In this document: piece after piece, positions 24,724-28,965 of the stretch
Layout of the letters: each line of letters starts with the position of its first letter
How positions within the stretch are numbered: position 1 is the stretch's first letter
Source: a virus
Taxonomy: Duplodnaviria; Caudoviricetes
IMG/VR virus record: IMGVR_UViG_3300023314_000083
Span: 1 to 28,965 of that record
Length of the DNA: 28,965 nt
Strand: one strand, 5' to 3'
Notes under the pieces: generated by a model
The model's database searches: none
What the model was told of the DNA's origin: nothing
Seen by the model: the letters and a program-made list of their open reading frames with translations, nothing else
Made by a program: the position numbers and the translations under genes

Positions 24724-26376
24724 ATGGCTACTGTTCTTCCGTTTAAGCTCACTCTTGAGGATATGCTGGGCCCGAAAGTGGCTGGTGCTATCCGACAAGT
24801 GCAGAACCTGGGCTCCGAGGTGGCAAAGCCGCACAAGCTCAACGTCGATGCCAGCGGGGCCAAGGGTGCCCTGTCGGGTGTTATGGGCATGCTGGGCGGG
24901 CTGGGCATCGCGGCCGGTATTGCTGCCGGGGCGAAGGCCATTGTGGGCATGGGCGTAGGGCTTGAACAAACTCGTGTCCAGTTCGAAACCTTCACCGGCT
25001 CGGCCGAAAAGGGGAACGCTGTTATTGCCGACCTGCAGAAGTTTGCCAACCTGACCCCGTTCGAGGACGACCAAGTAATCAGCGCCGGCCGGCAGCTACT
25101 GGCGTTCGGCGAGGATGCTAAAAACCTGAATCCTATCCTGACCAAGCTCGGCAACATCAGCTCAGCCACCGGCAAGGATTTCAACGAGCTAGTGAGCATC
25201 TACGGCAAGAACAAGCTCAGCGGCGTTATTCAGGGCGAAGACCTCAACCAGCTCACCGAGTCGGGCATTCCCGTGATGGATTCGCTGGCCCGGCAGTTGG
25301 GCGTCACCACCGACCAAGTGAAGAAGATGGGTGCTGACGGGAAAATCAGCTTCAAGATGCTGGAGAAGTCCTTCGATGAGTTGGGCGGCGCGGGCGGCAA
25401 GTGGGGCGACTTGATGGACAAGCAGAGCAAAACCGTAGCGGGCCGGTGGTCGTCGCTGGTGGGCTTCGCGCAGAACCTGGGCGGCAAGGCGGGCGAGGCG
25501 CTGCTGCCCATCATGGGCGGCATCGTGGACGGCGGCAACGAGTTGTTGGCCTTCATCCAGACGAACACGGCCAAACTGAAGCAGATGTTTGACCCGGTGG
25601 TGAAGGCCGTGCAGCCGCTGGTCGATGAATTCCGCAACATCAAAAACGAGATTTTCGGCACGAGCGAGGCAGGCGACATTCTGAACACCGTGTTCAACGT
25701 CATCGCCACCGTCATTAAATACATTTCGCCAGTTATCAAGGTAGTGGCTACGCTGCTGGCGGAGGTGTACAAGCAGATTTTCCGCGTGGTGCAGGTGATT
25801 GGGCACTGGCTCGCCACCAGCCCCCGGGTGCAGAAGTTCCTTTCAGGGCTCTGGGAGGGTGCCGTGGCGACCTTCAAGGGCATTGCCGAGGCGGCCGGCA
25901 AGTTTCTGGGCGGCGTGGGTGGCATCATTGAGGGCGTGTTCACGGGCGACTTTGGCAAAATCAAGGAAGGGCTACTGCAGACGATGAACGCCGTCGGTGA
26001 TACTCAATTTGACAAGCTGGGCAAGAAAGCGGCCGATGGCTTTAACCAAGGCTACCGCGATGGCTTCCAGCCCATGAAGCTGTTCGGCGCTGATAAGGTA
26101 GCGGGCACTGACGCCGCCAGCACCTTCATGGGTGGCGGCGGCAAGCCCGGCGGCGCGAAGGCCCCCGCGATGACGGCTGCTGCCAGCAAGGGTGAAAGCG
26201 TGAGCGGCGTGGGCGGGAAGGGTATCACTAACATTCACCTGACCACGGGCAACATCTTCCCCAATGCCACTATCACGGCCGGCACCACGCAGGAGGCGGC
26301 CCGCGATGTATCGGGCCAATTCGGGGACTGGATTCGGGCCGCTCTCAACGACGTGAACACCTTAGCCTCGACCTAA
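24724..26376 (+). CDS. Tape measure protein
   Basis: FETFTGSAEKG...TPF...GEDLNQL...GIPV tape-measure domain; Gly/Ala-rich amphipathic repeats. Confidence 0.9.
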   Translation: MATVLPFKLTLEDMLGPKVAGAIRQVQNLGSEVAKPHKLNVDASGAKGALSGVMGMLGGLGIAAGIAAGAKAIVGMGVGLEQTRVQFETFTGSAEKGNAVIADLQKFANLTPFEDDQVISAGRQLLAFGEDAKNLNPILTKLGNISSATGKDFNELVSIYGKNKLSGVIQGEDLNQLTESGIPVMDSLARQLGVTTDQVKKMGADGKISFKMLEKSFDELGGAGGKWGDLMDKQSKTVAGRWSSLVGFAQNLGGKAGEALLPIMGGIVDGGNELLAFIQTNTAKLKQMFDPVVKAVQPLVDEFRNIKNEIFGTSEAGDILNTVFNVIATVIKYISPVIKVVATLLAEVYKQIFRVVQVIGHWLATSPRVQKFLSGLWEGAVATFKGIAEAAGKFLGGVGGIIEGVFTGDFGKIKEGLLQTMNAVGDTQFDKLGKKAADGFNQGYRDGFQPMKLFGADKVAGTDAASTFMGGGGKPGGAKAPAMTAAASKGESVSGVGGKGITNIHLTTGNIFPNATITAGTTQEAARDVSGQFGDWIRAALNDVNTLAST

Positions 26377-26379
26377 GCC

Positions 26380-27081
26380 ATGCCCTACGGAATCAATTCA
26401 GCGACTGTCACCGACGACCTGAAAGGGCGCGGGCTCGCCGTGTCCACCAACCAGGTGAACACCGGGCTGGGCAGCAGTGCCTCGCTGCCGGTGGACCTGC
26501 GCGCCCTGACGCTGGAAGCCTTCGGGTACTCGGGCCTGCGCCGCTACCAGGTGCCCGGCCAGCAGCACCCCGAGGGCAACGACGGGTTCTACCCGCAGCA
26601 GCCGGGCACTACCTCGGCCGGGCCCAAAAATATGTTCGGGCTGCCGGTGTTTGTGCAGGTGAATTTCGGGGCCGTCGCGGGCACCAGCACCCGCATGGCC
26701 TTCTACGGGCTGAACCTGCTCGACCCGTTGGTGAGTGTTGATGAGCCTTTCAACATCCTCACCACCCCCATCACGGGCCGCAAGGGCACCGTCAAGGAGT
26801 ACATCGGCAAAGGCGACTACGGCGTGACCATTCGCGGCATCCTGGCAACGGACATTCACACGGCCAACCGCTTCGAGTACCCCGTGGTGCAGGTGCGCGA
26901 GCTGGAGCAACTCGCCAACCTGGGCGTGGCCGTGCCCGTGTCGGGCCACCTGAACGACATATTTGGCATTAAAACGCTGATAATCCGCAACGCCCGCTAC
27001 GAGGCGCTGGCCGGTTTCGTGAACCTGCAAGCCTACGAGTTGGACTGCTTATCTGATGACCCTATTGAACTGACCCTCTGA
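26380..27081 (+). CDS. Tail tube initiator / DUF6046-like protein
   Basis: ITGRKGTVKEYIGKGDYGVTIRG, QAYELDCLSD. Confidence 0.75.
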   Translation: MPYGINSATVTDDLKGRGLAVSTNQVNTGLGSSASLPVDLRALTLEAFGYSGLRRYQVPGQQHPEGNDGFYPQQPGTTSAGPKNMFGLPVFVQVNFGAVAGTSTRMAFYGLNLLDPLVSVDEPFNILTTPITGRKGTVKEYIGKGDYGVTIRGILATDIHTANRFEYPVVQVRELEQLANLGVAVPVSGHLNDIFGIKTLIIRNARYEALAGFVNLQAYELDCLSDDPIELTL

Positions 27082-27084
27082 GTT

Positions 27085-28131
27085 ATGTTTTCCCTCGCTG
27101 ACGGCATTTCTATTCAAATCGGTGAACTCCGGCCCATTACGGTGGTCCACGAGGTCGCCATTGAATCGGCGTGGGCGAAGTTCACCGACTCGGCTACCAT
27201 CACGCTGCCGCGCAACCTGAACGTGCTGCACGCGGGTGTCACCACCCCGCTGCCCGACCTCATCAGCGTGGGCCTGCCCGTCACCATCCGCTACGGCTAC
27301 GACGGCCAACTGCGCACCGAGTTCATGGGCTACGTGTCGGAGCTGAAGCCGGGCACGCCCTTTGTGATTAAGTGCGAGGATATGATGTGGGCGCTGAAAC
27401 GGCAGAGTCTGAGTAATTCGTGGCGCTCGGCTACGCTGCTGGATGTGCTGCAGTTTATCCGCGAAAAGTCGGGCCTGAGCTTCGACATTCGGGAGCTGGG
27501 CAAACTGACCGTGGGCAAGTACCAAATCAACCAGGCCACCGGGGCGCAGGTCTTCGACGACTTGAAAAAACGCTTCGGGCTCAACTGCTTTTTCCGCGCT
27601 GGGGTGCTGGTGGCCGGCGACCCGTACAAGTCCGACACGAAACCGGCTGAACACCGCTACGGCTTCCGGCAGAACATCATCGAAAGCGACCTGGCTTATA
27701 CCAATGCCGAGGACGTGGCCCTGCATTTCCGCGCCACCAGCACCCAGCGCGACGGCAAAAAGGTGCAGGTGGATGCCTCGGGCGTGGTGAAGACCAAGAA
27801 GGAAAAAGGCGACACCACGGCCCGCGTGACGGCCCTCAGCGCCGGCATCAGCAAGGGCGAGCTGCGGACGCTCATCGGCCCGCCCGGCCTGAGCAGTGCC
27901 CAACTGCTGGCGTGGGTAGAGCAGGAGGCGGGCCGCCTGCGCTTCGACGGTTACCGGGGCGGGCTGACGGCCTTCGGGCTGCCAGCGGCCGAACACGGCG
28001 ACCTCGCCACCATCACCGACCCCGACTACCCCGAGCGGGCCGGCTCCTACTTCATCGACAGCGTGAGCAAAACATTCGGCGTGAACGGCTCACGGCGCAA
28101 ACTCAAACTAGGCCCCAAAGCACGAGCATGA
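27085..28131 (+). CDS. Baseplate hub (gpD / Mu gp44-like)
   Basis: FTDSATITLP, YGYDG...EFMGYV, CEDMMWALK, GSYFIDSV. Confidence 0.8.
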   Translation: MFSLADGISIQIGELRPITVVHEVAIESAWAKFTDSATITLPRNLNVLHAGVTTPLPDLISVGLPVTIRYGYDGQLRTEFMGYVSELKPGTPFVIKCEDMMWALKRQSLSNSWRSATLLDVLQFIREKSGLSFDIRELGKLTVGKYQINQATGAQVFDDLKKRFGLNCFFRAGVLVAGDPYKSDTKPAEHRYGFRQNIIESDLAYTNAEDVALHFRATSTQRDGKKVQVDASGVVKTKKEKGDTTARVTALSAGISKGELRTLIGPPGLSSAQLLAWVEQEAGRLRFDGYRGGLTAFGLPAAEHGDLATITDPDYPERAGSYFIDSVSKTFGVNGSRRKLKLGPKARA

Positions 28132-28577
28132 ACGAGCGCGAACTTCTGAGCCAATTCGTTCTGAGCCAGATTCCTACTCAAATCGTGGGTGGGGTGGTGA
28201 AGACCGTGGACAAGGCCCGCGCCCTGTGCGACGTGCAGCCCGCCGACGAGGGCGCGCCGCTGCTGCTGGACGTGCAGTTGCGGGCCGTGGACGATGGCAG
28301 CGCCACGGGCTTCGTGCTGTGGCCCGTGGAGGGCTCGCCCGTGCTGGTGGGCCTCATCGACAACGACCCCAACAACTGCGTGGTGGTGGCCGTGTCGAAA
28401 GTGGAGCAGTTCACCCTCGCCACCGAGGCCGACAGCCTGGGCAAGCTCTGGGCCGACACCTTCACGGCCCTGGGGCAGCTCACCGTCACCACCGGCACAG
28501 GCCAGAGTGGGCCACCCATCAACCTGCCTGCCTTTCAACAACTCGCCCAACGGGCCGCCCGCCTTTTCACTTCCTGA
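28128..28577 (+). CDS. Baseplate spike (gpV-like OB-fold)
   Basis: CDVQP...DVQLRA...P.EGSPVLVG; C-terminal TGQSGPPIN. Confidence 0.7.
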   Translation: MNERELLSQFVLSQIPTQIVGGVVKTVDKARALCDVQPADEGAPLLLDVQLRAVDDGSATGFVLWPVEGSPVLVGLIDNDPNNCVVVAVSKVEQFTLATEADSLGKLWADTFTALGQLTVTTGTGQSGPPINLPAFQQLAQRAARLFTS

Positions 28578-28579
28578 CT

Positions 28580-28801
28580 ATGCCCCTGAACACCGTCCAA
28601 GCTGAAAACGACGTGCTGGCCCTGCTCGATGACATGGCCGCCCGCACTGACAATCCCCAGCAGTCGCGCCGCGACTATGCCCGCGAACTGGTGCGCATCA
28701 TGGCCGACATGATGCGCAGTGGCAACGTGACGGGCACCGTGACCACCGCTGTACTCGGCACGCCCACTATCGGCACCATCACCACCGCGACCATCTCCTG
28801 A
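28580..28801 (+). CDS. Small baseplate / spike-tip-position protein
   Basis: 73 aa tightly packed after the spike gene. Confidence 0.6.
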   Translation: MPLNTVQAENDVLALLDDMAARTDNPQQSRRDYARELVRIMADMMRSGNVTGTVTTAVLGTPTIGTITTATIS

Positions 28802-28803
28802 CC

Positions 28804-28965
28804 ATGCCCGCCGCCACCGACCTTTTACTTGGCCCTGATTACGACCTCGCTTTCACTGAAGGCGGCGACCTGGCCGTGGGTGCCAGCGACGGCCAAAACT
28901 TGGCGCTGCTGCTGCACACCTACCAAGGCGAGTGGAAAGGCGACCCGCTCGTGGGCATCGGCCTG
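28804..28965 (+). CDS. Baseplate wedge protein (gp25/gp46-like), truncated by the window edge
   Basis: MPAATDLLL...GDLAVGASDGQ...GEWKGDPLVGIG. Confidence 0.7.
   Translation, partial: MPAATDLLLGPDYDLAFTEGGDLAVGASDGQNLALLLHTYQGEWKGDPLVGIGL

Larger units (their letters stand above)
1..28965. mobile_element. Integrated temperate prophage (myovirus-type, Mu-like head and tail modules, tyrosine integrase); extends beyond the right edge
   Basis: Continuous integrase, repressor, replication, packaging, capsid, lysis, tail and baseplate gene order; no host housekeeping genes recognised. Confidence 0.95.

Noticed and set aside
19641-28550. Many long minus-strand ORFs opposite the capsid and tail genes
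   Set aside because: These are typical antisense shadows of high-GC coding sequence with no recognisable motifs.
22510-28965. Standalone contractile injection system or tailocin
   Set aside because: Capsid, portal, terminase, replication and integration genes are linked, so this is a phage tail.
1-28965. tRNA/rRNA genes, att site, DGR or retron reverse transcriptase
   Set aside because: None was recognised; the window begins at the integrase stop, so an att site would lie outside it.

Overview
The whole window is part of an integrated temperate phage with a contractile tail (myovirus type). High GC together with Bacteroidota-type TAnnTTTG promoter elements suggests a Hymenobacter-like host, which is an inference. 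From left to right it contains a tyrosine integrase and CI-like repressor, a divergent early/replication operon with an iteron origin, and AT-rich accessory genes including a GNAT toxin-like pair. These are followed by a leftward packaging operon (terS, terL, gp36-like, DUF935 portal, MuF, tail completion) and a rightward operon of protease, capsid, lysis, tail and baseplate genes. The standout signal lies at the 3' end of the portal gene: a correctly phased slippery heptamer G_GGA_AAG, a 5-nt spacer and an 11-bp GC hairpin. A -1 shift there leads directly into the MuF reading frame, which has no ATG near its start. This predicts a programmed frameshift producing a minority ~1038-aa portal-MuF-GNAT-like fusion protein, followed by a small coupled candidate immunity gene. 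All family assignments come from motif recognition by eye, not database searches.
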